Source: Octopus bimaculoides
Taxonomy: Eukaryota
DNA length: 64,000 nt
Reading direction: 5' to 3'
NCBI RefSeq assembly: GCF_001194135.2
Contig: NC_068992.1
Coordinates: forward strand, 15,388,850 to 15,452,849
The notes under the pieces are model-generated. The model had not been told where the DNA came from, made no database searches, and saw only the letters and a program-made list of their open reading frames with translations. Positions 11,540 to 23,749 of this stretch are shown one piece after another. The position numbers and the translations under genes were made by a program. Every line of letters begins with the position of its first letter. Positions within the stretch are counted from its first letter, which is position 1.

Positions 11540-13184
11540 ATGTGTGTATATATATATATATATGTATACATACATGCATGCATACATACATACATAAATA
11601 CATGACTACATATATAAATACATACATACACATCTGTGAACGCATTTGTCTGCGTATGAACTTCGTTGCTTCTACAAAGCTTTTAATCAAATTTCATCAT
11701 ACAAAATTTCTTCTCTATAATCTAGTATTGTTATAGTGATATTTCATATTTAGGCTGTTTGCATCTTTTCACTTTCCCACTTAACTCTGTCTACTTTTAC
11801 TATGACACGTTTTGTTGCATTCCATCACCCGCTAAGTAATTTTCCGGAACGTTCCAATTAAACAGTGGAAGCATAGCATATTTGTGGAGTATTCGATTCC
11901 GTAAGTGTTTAATATCTTCAGTGTCTCACATAATTATATGACACTGGTGTGATAGGATACACGAAGTTATACTACTTTAAATACCTAGCATAGAAATAAA
12001 GTCTGTGAGATGCTTCATGTTTACGATTTAGATTTAAATGGGGGTAATGACCATATAAATATTGGAATTGCTTTATTTATGTATATCTAGTTTGTCAAAT
12101 TGTTTTGACTGAAAGTTTCGGAAATAAACTGTCGTTGTGTGGCAAGTTTCCTATTGAAAATGAAAATAATAACAATTATTTTAATTATTCTCTGCGAGAA
12201 ATTGTTAATTATAGATGATAATATATATTCCGAATAACCCAAACAGTAAGCTGATAAGAAGGATAAACAAGCTGCTGGCAATATTAGCAGTCAACGTTGT
12301 AACAGCAGATATCTCTTCTGGAAAGATATGTGTGTCGATAATCGTAACTATTCTTCTTCGAGAAAAGATACTCTGGGTTATTTGAAGATCATGACTGAAG
12401 AATATATATTAAATTTTATTATAATTGAAATAATTTTCTAAAACGTTTATGAATTTGTGTTGTAAAATTCCTGATGTGTTGAAATAGATATTGTTGTATT
12501 TCTGCTTATTTCTGGGATAGTCTCAATGAACATGATACTCTAGTATTTTTAGTTGTCATACTATGTGTTGGCCCTGTCTAACTTCTTCTTGGTCTAAAGA
12601 AATCACAAGTGTGGACAAAAGACTTCCAGACAATTGTCAGGAGATAAAATAAGAACAATAATAAACGAGTGAAGAATGAATATATATAGTGTCTGCGTTT
12701 ATTTGGCAACAAAAAAATTACCAACCCAAAATATAACAATAGCTGTTTCAGCACATGATTTCGCATGGGACGGGGCTGATGGGGGGGGGGGTCATAGTGC
12801 TACTAAGAAGAATGAGACACACACACACATGTACAAACACACTCACAAACACAGACGCATGCACATATAACGATACACATCATAGAAGAACAGAATGGAA
12901 TACACAGAGCAAGAGTACACATGAAGACTGTAAGTGTCACTGAGGAGGTCACAAATGTGTGACGAAATGTTTCCAAACAATGGACATGAGTTAGAATAAG
13001 AACAGTAATAAACGAGTGAAGAAAGAATATACAGCGCGTGTGTTTATTTGGAAAAAAAAATGACCATCCTGAAATACAACAATAATTTTCTAAAAATATT
13101 TCATAATAATGAATGGTGACAGAAGTACAACTTAGAACAAGTGATGCACTCAGAAAGTGTAATCTTCACTAGATATAACATTAT

Positions 13185-13560
13185 GGAGGCGCAATGGCCC
13201 AGTGGTTAGGGCAGCAGACTCGCGGTCGTAGGATCGCGGTTTCGATTCCCAGATCGGGCGTTGTGAGTGTTTATTGAGTAAAAACACTTAAAGCTCCACG
13301 AGGCTCCGGTAGGGTGGTGTGGCGAACCCTGCTGCTCTCTTTCACCACAACTTTCTCTCACTCTTCCTGTTTCTGTTGTACCTGTATTTCAAAAGTCCAG
13401 CCTTGTTACACTCTGTATCACGCTGGATCTCCCCCAAGAAATACGTTAAAAGTACGCGTGCCTGTGGAGTGCTCAGCCACTTGCAGGTTAATTTCACGCG
13501 CAGGTTGTTCCGTTGATCGGATCAACTGGAACCCTCGACGTCGTAAGCGACGGAGTGCCA
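13185..13560 (+). mobile_element. Full-length OR-like tRNA-derived SINE
   Basis: A-box TGGCCCAGTGG, B-box GGTTTCGATTCC, body aaacacttaaagctccacgagg, 3' end ...cggagtgcca; closely similar to the reverse copy at 54973-55337. Confidence 0.9.
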
Positions 13561-15175
13561 CGTTACGATAATACGTATGGCTTTTAGACAGTCTTTTCTT
13601 TATATTCCAAAATCCAATAGTCGAAATTCTGAAGCTACCACTGTTGTTAGCTTTTGAATTTCAATGTCAAATATTAGCCTGTATAATGCAATATGACTGA
13701 GAAGAAATATGTAAATATTTCTTCTCTGTAAACTCTTTATTTGATCTTACAATGAAGGAAATCCATCGATGAGTTGCAACCACTGTATCGTTTTCATTTC
13801 TTTCTTTTACAATATAAAGTTTCTAGAGAAAGGCATTAAAATACCTCACTTAACTCATTTTTATTAGCTTCAAGCTTTTTGTCTATGTCCTTCCTTCAAC
13901 GAGGGATCTGAGATATTTCCAAGCAGCTAACTTCCAGTTCGTGTCTAGCAGCATTCGGATTTGAAAATGTTATCTCAGTATCTTGTAGCAGTTTGTAGAT
14001 GTACGTAAAGTGAGGTCTGCTCGATATTTCGACGTGAACGATTTCTCTAGCAACAACTGACGTACAACTTTGTGTTGAACAGGGACTGATAATCTTTAAT
14101 TGTAAACGTAAATCTTGATCTTCGTATAATATGGTTGAGATTCCCAACACAACAAAACTTAATTTCTCAAAAGTGGCGATTTCCAGTTTAAAGCATTTCC
14201 GATTTATGATGGAGGAAACGAATTGAAGCTGCAAATTCTGGCATTCATTTAGAATTATGTTTTAGAATAATTTTAAATTTGATTTTCAAGTAAGAACCAG
14301 GAATTATTTAGATATTGGTAATACATTGAAAAACTGCGACAGATGATGTTGAGGGACAAAATTTTGATAGTTTAGTTACAAATATTTTCATTCGTTAGCC
14401 TCCCCAGAAGCACGAGACAAACATGGATGCTACATAAACATATTTTCTCATCTTACCAAAGGCACATATGTATATAGGAATTATTTAATTAAATATCATT
14501 TCAATTATTTTGTGAAGTATAAATATAATACCATAAAAATTCTAATAAATGGATGCGATAAAAGAAAATTGTATGGAATGAGGTCAAAAGTATATATAAA
14601 GATGAAGAGTGGGAAAGAAGGAGGGGGAACAAAATATCGGAAATTAAAGCAAGAAAGAAAAAAAATGAAGAAACAAAAAGAGAAAGAAAGATATTTCTAC
14701 ATTCGTATGATCTTCAAAATAGTCAACAACAATTTTTCTATTATGTTTTCCATTTTGACCAAATTTTCATATTTAACGAAACGACGCCAGGAAATCGTCT
14801 GTAAACATACGATTGAAATTAGCAACCAAATCTTATGACTAAACAACAAATTAGCAAACACCATGAGAAAATTCTTTGAAATACCTAATTCTTTTTAAAA
14901 CAATACAAATTATCGCTAAAACATGTAAATATTGGCAATGTAAAATATCATATAAAAAGCCCTCAGGTGAATGTTATTGCATTCTGTAACGATTCTTCAG
15001 TCTCTTCTAACATTCCAATAATTTTCTATTTTCTATTTTATTTACGTTTTATTTTTATTTTAACGTTATTATTTTGTTTACACCTTATAACTTCACATAT
15101 AATATCGTTAGTCAATTTTCTATCTAGTAGAATCTCTAATATAAGAAATCAAACTAAAAACAACGCCGCAAAAAT

Positions 15176-15207
<32 letters not shown>

Positions 15208-15779
15208 CTCGTACATGCGTATACATATTCGTTATGGGAGTGTATGCGTAAACATATTTATAAATACATATGTATATGCCCGTGGGTTCGTATGCATATG
15301 CATACATATATATGTGTATGTGTGAGTGTGTGTGTATATATAATTGATATATGATATATGTATATATAAGTTTATATATATATAATGATATATATATAAT
15401 ATATGTATAATTATATAATTACAATGGTATATGTGTGCGTGTGTTAGAGAAAGAGAGAGTACGTGTGTGCGTGCATGTGTGTCAAATGAAACAAATTGAG
15501 AAGCCATTTTTACGCGTTCAAAATGTTCTTTAAAATAATCTTAGTTTCTTGTTGTTGTTGTTGTTGTTGTTGTTGTCTCCATTGTCGTCGTTGTTGTTGT
15601 GGTTGCTGGTGAATATTTTTCGCTGGCTTCCTTAGATTCCCTTATATGTTTGAAACTCTTAGATATTGATTTGGTGATTATCTAAGTTAAATTAAGTTTT
15701 CTCACAAAGAAGCCGCTTTCATTAATTATAAGCAGAGACGAGAAGGAGCGAAGGAGAGAACGTGAAAGAGATAGGGAGG

Positions 15780-16250
15780 AATGGAGAGAGAGAGAGAGAG
15801 AGAGGAGAGAAGAGAGAGAGAGAAGAGAGAGAGAGAGAGAAGATAGAGAGAGAGAGAGAAGATAGAGAGAGAGAGAAGATAGAGAGAGAGAGAAGATAGA
15901 GAGAGAGAGGGGGGAGAGAGAGAGATATGAGAGTGAGTTGAGATGACAGAAAATGTGGATGACGAAAAGAAAGATAGATGAAGAAGCTAAGGAGAAGGAG
16001 AAGAATGTGAAGACAAAGAAGATGAAGAAGATGAGAATAAAGAAAAAAAGAGAAGTGAAGAAGATGATGAAGGAACATACGAAAAAGAGGTAGAAGAAGA
16101 GGAAGACGAAGAGGTAGAAGAAGAGAAAGAAGAGAAAGTGGAGAAGGAGATGAAAGTGTTGGAGGATGAGAAGAAGAAGAGGTACATGTGGTGGAGGGTA
16201 ATAAGAAGAAGAGATCGAAGACAAAGAAGAAGAAGGCAGTGACCAATAGA
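15780..16250. repeat. (GA)n then (GAA)n-like purine-rich tract
   Basis: Direct inspection; source of the Ser/Leu/Phe-rich minus-strand ORFs. Confidence 0.9.
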
Positions 16251-16679
16251 TAATGAAAGCATATAACCAACGGGGTCTTTCGCTATTGAGGAATTTTCTT
16301 TAATTTAGTGAGAGATAATCGTTGTATTCAACCGTTAGAGAGATTATAGGTTGATCTAACATATCTGTGCTAAATACCGTTTTTTCCACAGTTTCACACA
16401 CCCAACATACACATAAAAACATACACACATATATACACACAATCTATCTCTTTGCCTACAGATATGTATGCATGTGCTTATGTGTGTGCATGTATCAATG
16501 TGTGTGTGTGTTTGTGTTTGTGAGCGTGTGTGTGTGCGCGTGTGTGTGTGTGTGTGTGTGTGTGTACACAAAACTGTGACGAAATCATAATCAGGAATTA
16601 AGTACAAAGCAAACTAAGCTACTACTCAGTTTCCCACAGATTATGTTTATCAAACATACAAAAACCTATGAATGGTGAA

Positions 16680-16818
16680 TCGTAAGAAGCTTGTTTCCCA
16701 ACCACAGATTTCCAGGCTTAGTCTCGCTGTGTGGCACCTTGGTCGAGTGTCCTCTACTATAGCCTCGAGCCAACTAAAGCCATGTTAGTGGATTTGGTAG
16801 ACGGAAGAAACCCGTTGT
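16680..16818 (+). mobile_element. tRNA-head/CORE-like half of composite SINE
   Basis: gtaagaagcttgtttcccaaccac...gtggcaccttggtcgagtgtcctctactatagcctcg; the ggcaccttgg motif is CORE-like. Confidence 0.8.
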
Positions 16819-16904
16819 ATATGTATATATAAATATACACATAAAAAATATTTTAAGTAAAATGCATTTACAGAGATATATAAATGTATAGGGAATAATT
16901 ATAC

Positions 16905-17640
16905 TTAAGGACACAAACAGTTATCATGCCTATATACTGAAAGAACGCGCCGAAATGTACAATATATAGTTTTGCTTTTGTCCTTATGTCGAAAAGAAGC
17001 TATGTGATTAGAATAGCGATTTTTAAATACTCCTTCATATAATTCAATGTCGGTTTTTTTATCGGTCGTATTATCATCTAGCGTTGCAGTAACCTCTGCC
17101 TCATATATGACATAGCAAATCATACATCGTGTGTTAAATAAAACAGCATCCTGGACCGTGACATTTGCAACTGGATTTAGGCTCTTGGTGTTGACTTCCT
17201 GTAATAAACTCTTCGCATTGGGGAAGCAGCTATATCATAATTTCACAGAACACCAATTAAATAATTTCCTGTACTTCTAAGTTGCTGGAAAATACTTGTC
17301 TACGAGAGACAAGAACCTTTTACCTCTGTTACATTTTACATTAAGAGAAAAGGGAGGGGCGAACCAAATTATTTTCTTTGGTCTATTTTTAGGTCTATTA
17401 CTATTCAGATTAATATTAAAGAGGTTATCTATTACTTTACCTTTAAAGCCACTAAGTCTATTATTATCATTATTCTGATTAATATTAGAGGAATTATATA
17501 TTAATTTATCATTGAAGCTACTATTGGCTTGGGCTATATAACAAATTTATAGCAGTGGGGGGCTGCGTTCTCGAAAATTTCTTTAGAGAAAAACTAGTTA
17601 GACATTCTGTTATTAATATTAGCTACCAGGTTTTAAAATT
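16905..17640 (-). mobile_element. Decayed Penelope-like retroelement ORF fragment (RT C-terminal region, linker, GIY-YIG endonuclease)
   Basis: Manual minus-strand translation: INNRMSN*FFSKEIFENAAP ... [50 protein letters not shown] ... YVIYEAEV ... GVFKNRYSNHIASFRHKDK. These match Penelope motifs (IIWFNPP, KISYSC, VYKA..., FK.RY.NH..SF); stops and frameshifts present. Confidence 0.85.
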
Positions 17641-17929
17641 CCGCCAATACCTGAATAACTTCTTTTCCCATGGGAGATAACTCTTTTACCTTTTTACTTA
17701 TTTCCAATGACTGTCGTGTTCCGCTTATTTTTTTCGTTTTCCATTTTTTTAACCTTCCACCTTTCTATACGCTTTCTTCTCAGCTTTCCGCGTTCCTTCT
17801 CTCATTGAATTTCTAGCTCGTTATACTATGTGATTTGTGCCTGATGACTGTGCTGGGATGTTGCACATCATTCATTATTTGGCATGTTCTCAGTTTAGAA
17901 AAAAACTTTTAGTAGCACATCAAAATATG

Positions 17930-17992
<63 letters not shown>

Positions 17993-18139
17993 CGTTGCAC
18001 AACACACCGCTGAATGATATAAATTCACTTTTAATTCATCCGAATGCACTCGGACATGAGAAGACTCTTTCTTTCGGAAGTAAGCCCAGGAGAAATTTAT
18101 GGTACCTTCCGATGAGTTATTTCTATTTCTCTCTCTCTG

Positions 18140-18299
18140 AACGTGTATATATATATATACATGTATGTATGTATGTATACATATATATATACACACACAC
18201 ACACATATATATATACACACACACACACATATATATATACACACACACACACATATATATATACACACACACACACATACATATATACACACACATACA

Positions 18300-18333
<34 letters not shown>

Positions 18334-18432
18334 CACACACACACACATACATACATATATATATATACACACACACACACATACATACATATATATATAT
18401 ACACACACACACACATAAATACATATATATAC

Positions 18433-18465
<33 letters not shown>

Positions 18466-18474
18466 CACACATAC

Positions 18475-18517
<43 letters not shown>

Positions 18518-18585
18518 CACACACACACACACATACATATATATATACACACACACATATATATATATACACACACATACATATA

Positions 18586-18669
<84 letters not shown>

Positions 18670-18972
18670 NNNNNNNNNNNNNNNNNNNNNNNNNNNNNNN
18701 NNNNNNNNNNNNNNNNNNNNNNNNNNNNNNNNNNNNNNNNNNNNNNNNNNNNNNNNNNNNNNNNNNNNNNNNNNNNNNNNNNNNNNNNNNNNNNNNNNNN
18801 NNNNNNNNNNNNNNNNNNNNNNNNNNNNNNNNNNNNNNNNNNNNNNNNNNNNNNNNNNNNNNNNNNNNNNNNNNNNNNNNNNNNNNNNNNNNNNNNNNNN
18901 NNNNNNNNNNNNNNNNNNNNNNNNNNNNNNNNNNNNNNNNNNNNNNNNNNNNNNNNNNNNNNNNNNNNNNNN

Positions 18973-19053
<81 letters not shown>

Positions 19054-19235
19054 TATATGTATATATATATACACACACACACATATATATATATATATAC
19101 ACACACATATATGTATATATATATATATACACACACACACACATATATATATATATGTATATATATACACACACACATATATATATATATACATATACGC
19201 GCGCGCGCGCGCGCGCGCGCGTGCGTGCGTGCGTA
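18140..19235. repeat. Long compound (TA)/(CA) microsatellite with gap, ending in (CG)12
   Basis: Direct inspection; (CG)12 at 19198-19221. Confidence 0.95.
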
Positions 19236-22228
19236 TGGACAGTGAGAAGCAGACAGAGAAATTATGTGAGGTATGAAAGTAAAGGGTACGTCTAGCATGC
19301 AAAAATGCGCAGCTAAAGTTCTATTAACGATATTACTAATCAAATATTCCGCTTAATATGAAAGTAGCTTCATCATTAATGTGTTGAGAAGTGTAATTTG
19401 ATAGACTGTGTATCTGTGACTGCAAGCTGACAACTATGTCCCGAAGCAGTAAAAGCTCAGCTCAATATTTGTATTATGCCAGGTCGAAGGGGGTTAATAT
19501 CGCATCCAAAATCGAATAATTGATGGAAGGTCCTGCATCAAACTAAATTTTCTCTTTTTGTCGAGTCTGTACATTTCTTTTGTTTTTGGTTTTATCACCG
19601 TTTTCCTAGATTCATTTATTCCTGCAGTTTTGTATAACCAACTCTCCACTCCCATGTTGCAATACTTCTTTAAAGACTCACTTCTACCATCAAATCTTTT
19701 GATCTCATAAACAAATATACCGCTTTCTTTCTTCATTACTTTCTCTTCTCGCACTCTCTCTCTCTCTCTCGTTCTCTCTTTCGCTGGCTCTCTCTCTCTC
19801 TCTTTCTCTCGTTGTGTCGCTGTTGTCTTTCACTCTTTCTCTCTCTCTCTCATGCTTTCTTGTTCTCCGTTTCTCCTTTGTATTATGTTATGTGTGTGTG
19901 TACATATATATGCGTGTGTGTACATATATATGTGTGTGTGTGTATGTATGTACACATATATATATACATATATACATGCGCGCGCGCGCATACACACACA
20001 AACACATATATATACACACACACATTAAGAGTCTTTCACGTAGATTTACGCACATATGTGTGTATATATGCGTACTGAGATATAGAGAGAAATAGATAGA
20101 TAGATAGATAGATAGATAGACAGTTAAAAATGAATAAAGATATAAATATCATACAACATACATTCACGATTCATTGAAATTATCGCCGCAAGAAAGGAAG
20201 GTAGAACAACCGCCTGGTGGCAAATGAAATCAGTTCCAATTTAGAACAGGATTAATCTCAAGAACAATCTCGTGCTATTACCCAACTGTTAAAGAAGCGA
20301 AAATGATTTATATAGAAAGACTTCAAGAAGCCATAACGGCTCCGAAAAAACATTATTGTGGTCAAAATGTATCTGTCGATATCCGTTAGTTCCTGTCTCA
20401 GCTAAGCCTCGATTCCAAAACCCCTCTTAAAAAGAGGTTTCTGCGTTGATACGGCTCTGGTTCTTAATTGTCTGCTTTCTGATCATTAGAATCAGTCCCT
20501 GTCCTACTCCAAAAGAAGATTTCTTGAGACTAATCCCTTTAACATGCAAAGCCTGGGGCCTATTTTTGTCTTTGATGTACAGTCAACATTGCCGGAATTG
20601 TTAATTGAGCCATACTAGGTAGAAATTTTTGCTTTCACCATGTTTCGACTCTAAAGGTGGCATCGAAAATAAACCATACAATGGTAGCGCCATGGTATGT
20701 ACACTGGCGTTCATTTCCCCACTGTGGTTTGTGCTGCCTCAATATCAATCCTACAACCAACACTAAAAGCAGCGGAGAAAAGATTCATACCTTCATCATG
20801 TCTGTTTCTAGTGTTGCGAACTGGACGCCAGTAATGGCAGATTAATTCAAGTGTTGCATAAAATGTCTTGCGGTATTCCTTTCGGTTTTTTGCTTTCTGA
20901 ATCCTGCCAAAATCAACTTTGCCTTTGATTCATTTGGGGTTAATAAGATACGGCGCCAATCTAATACTACGGTCGATATTTTTTGTAATACTCCTCAAAA
21001 TGCTGGCCTTTTGCCTGTAACATAAACAATTATTACTTTCTGATATAAGCGATCGCAGCTGTCTCAAAGCTGAGCACTCAAGAAAGGAAGACAGTTTTAA
21101 CAAATCATATATTCTTAACTACCTTAAGTTCTTTTTCGTTTGCTCGATAGAAATAAGCGTTTAAATACACTGTTCGTACGTGTAAATGCATACACACGCA
21201 TTCACACACACACATACACACGAGCGCAAACGGACACACACACATGCACACACAGAGTGTGAAAAAGTGTCTAGATATATATTTATTCCGTTGATAGCAC
21301 ATACATGATTATTCGTGTTTCATAAGAGTTCTGAAAGCGTATGCACTTCGCTAATCACTTATGAAAAAAATAACCTACCGATAAAAATTCCTTGGTAATA
21401 ATTTCATCGAAACGTAATTCATTCTGTAGAACAATATTCTTGGTCAAATAACGGCGTACATAAATACAATAACTGTTTCGAAGAAACCTACTTTCGCATG
21501 AGACTTTCTATAGAGAATAATTTGGATAAGCAATATTTCACTGCAAATATAGTATTCTTTACTGTAACTTATGATAAGCGAAGAGTGTTGCGTTGTAAAT
21601 AACATACTGGAGTCTATCAAGTGCAAAACATTGTCAGGCACAAAATATGAACACAATGAGATTGGAATTATGAGTGGTTGGTTATGCATGGATATGTATT
21701 TGTGTGTGAAAGTGTGATGAATGTGGTTCGGTGCGTTTACGTGTGTGGAAGTTTGTGTGTGTATCTGTGCGAAAGTGTGTATGGTGATTGTTCTTGCACA
21801 GCACGTGAATGGACATATGCATTTATACGCGTATGAGTTTATGTAGGTAGGTATTGACGGATACAACATGATTAAGAATGGTGTTTCGCAATCGTGGGGT
21901 CTCGGGTTCAATACTAATCTGTGGGGTCTTTGGGGAGTGTCTACTGCAATAGTCACGAGTTAAAGTATTGCGCGAATAAAATGGGTCCATAGAAACGGCA
22001 GAAGGTATTCGAATAGATTTAGCGGAGCATGTTATTCAAAGTTCCATCCTTGTCCCATTCAGTGTCATTCTAAATCTGCCCCACGATTAGTTTAATGGTA
22101 GACATGTCTGCGGAATTAGGAGCCGTTTACATGCTAACTCGATGAGCAGATTGTTCAATTGTTCTATATGTAAATTCTGCACTGAGACTGACTAAAATCT
22201 ATTTACGCGTATACACGCGCGCGCGCGC

Positions 22229-22259
<31 letters not shown>

Positions 22260-22307
22260 GCCTGAACAGGATAAACTACCCCTATTTTGCAGAAAAAAGT
22301 GTGGGCA

Positions 22308-22382
22308 GCCAGCCATGAGACACGAACTCATACCTCCGTGATTACGCATCGCGGTGCTCTCGACCATTTAAGCTAAACTGCT
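22308..22382 (-). pseudogene. tRNA-like sequence (pseudo-tRNA or SINE head)
   Basis: Minus strand AGCAGTT-TA-GCTT-AAATGGTCGA-GAGC-A-CCGCGA-TGCGTAA-TCACGG-AGGT-ATGAG-TTCGTGT-CTCAT-GGCTGGC. D stem and perfect T stem present; acceptor stem imperfect; anticodon loop lacks U33; T6 follows 9 nt downstream. Confidence 0.55.
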
Positions 22383-23706
22383 CAGCCACAAGTTTTTCTG
22401 CAAATTTAAGATGTCTAGAAATCTCGCTTTATGAGACGCTATCATATGTTAAATTCAAATTACGATAAACATAAACAAACAAATGAAGTTTGCTTTTAGA
22501 AGCGTTGAGATGTCTTAGAAAGTTAAAGAAGTGATTTTAAATTCCCGAACGCAGGATAATGCTCATAATATAGCCTGAACAGGATAAACTACCCCTTTTC
22601 CGCATTGTTGAAATTTATTGTAATGTATTTCATGTTTTAAAATGTTGCTTACTTTTTACTAAGCCTGACATATTATGCATTCGTTCCTATGTATGTTGTA
22701 TGTATCTCCCGTGTTTACCGAGATACTTAGATAATTTCCAGCGGAAATTGGTCCCAGACCTTGACTAACTTAATTGTACAATCTGGAAAAGATATATAAG
22801 GATGTTTCAGATTACACCTATTCTTTGGGTTCCGCAACCCATTCTAGCTACTCTTTGCAGAGATATATCCGGGTGTTGGTAGTTTATCCGGAATTGGTCG
22901 GAAATATTCATCCTGGAACCGTTTGAATGTTATGAGGTCGTTTTTTTATACTTATGAGCTTTGTCATGATGTTAAAGGGAGTATGTATATCTGTGTGTAT
23001 GTAACATATACATAGATTTATGAATCCATGTATGCATTCATATTTGTAAATATATGTATTTCTATGCAAGAATGTATATATATTTTTTAAATATGCCTTT
23101 TTTGCGCATCTATATCATAAGCATAGATTTGTGTGCGTATGTTTATGTATGTAATTGAAAATGTATATTACATATGAAACTTTTACTATGCTTTACCTAT
23201 TTTCACGATATATATATGGTGGCTTGTGATCTCTTGATTTAGCTTACTATTATTATCTATTATTTACATTATATACATTTCCAATGCTATTCTGCTTAAT
23301 AGACATTCTGCTGCCAGCCTATAACGAGCGCAGAAGGGTCCTTGAATCCGCCATTAATTTCCTGTGCGTCAGACCTGTGTAAGTTAATGTTTGACTGTAA
23401 GCATTTTGATTTACATAATGAAGAACTTACATTAGAGTTCTATAAAGAAGCTTGCATCAAATATTTGATATATCACTTCTCTGATAGTGAAAATATTTTC
23501 TTATTCATTGAGTTCTTACTTCTTGAGAAATCTGGTCTGATTTCAGATTACACATACACACACAGATATATATATATAGATATATATATATATATACATA
23601 CACACACACACACACATACGCATATATATATATATATACACAGATGCATATATATATATGTGTCTATGTATATATATATATATATATATATACACACGCA
23701 CACATA

Positions 23707-23749
<43 letters not shown>

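Noticed and set aside
12768-12791. G-rich run gggacggggctgatgggggggggg (possible G-quadruplex)
   Set aside because: An isolated homopolymer-driven motif with no supporting context.
13185-13262. tRNA gene candidates at SINE heads (also 55260-55337 and 62120-62195)
   Set aside because: Acceptor and T stems do not close and the sequence runs on into a SINE body.
13699-13726. 12-bp perfect hairpin; also a 9-bp stem at 39634-39667 and a 15-bp direct repeat at 30739/30770
   Set aside because: Short, and plausibly chance or local slippage in 64 kb of AT-rich DNA; no associated feature.
15682-16270. Glu/Lys-rich acidic-looking frame and hydrophobic antisense ORFs
   Set aside because: A GAA/GA simple-repeat tract; possible triplex-forming DNA but nothing specific supports function.
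17909-19343. ORFs of about 400 aa rich in Y/I/C/V/H/T, and similar ORFs at 3146-3893, 10102-11213, 27315-27952, 33622-34521, 35999-36796, 47500-48027 and 54227-54894
   Set aside because: They are translations of dinucleotide microsatellites and N gaps, not genes.
21444-21956. 170-aa minus-strand ORF
   Set aside because: Starts at a non-ATG codon, runs through GT-rich low-complexity sequence and has no recognisable domain.
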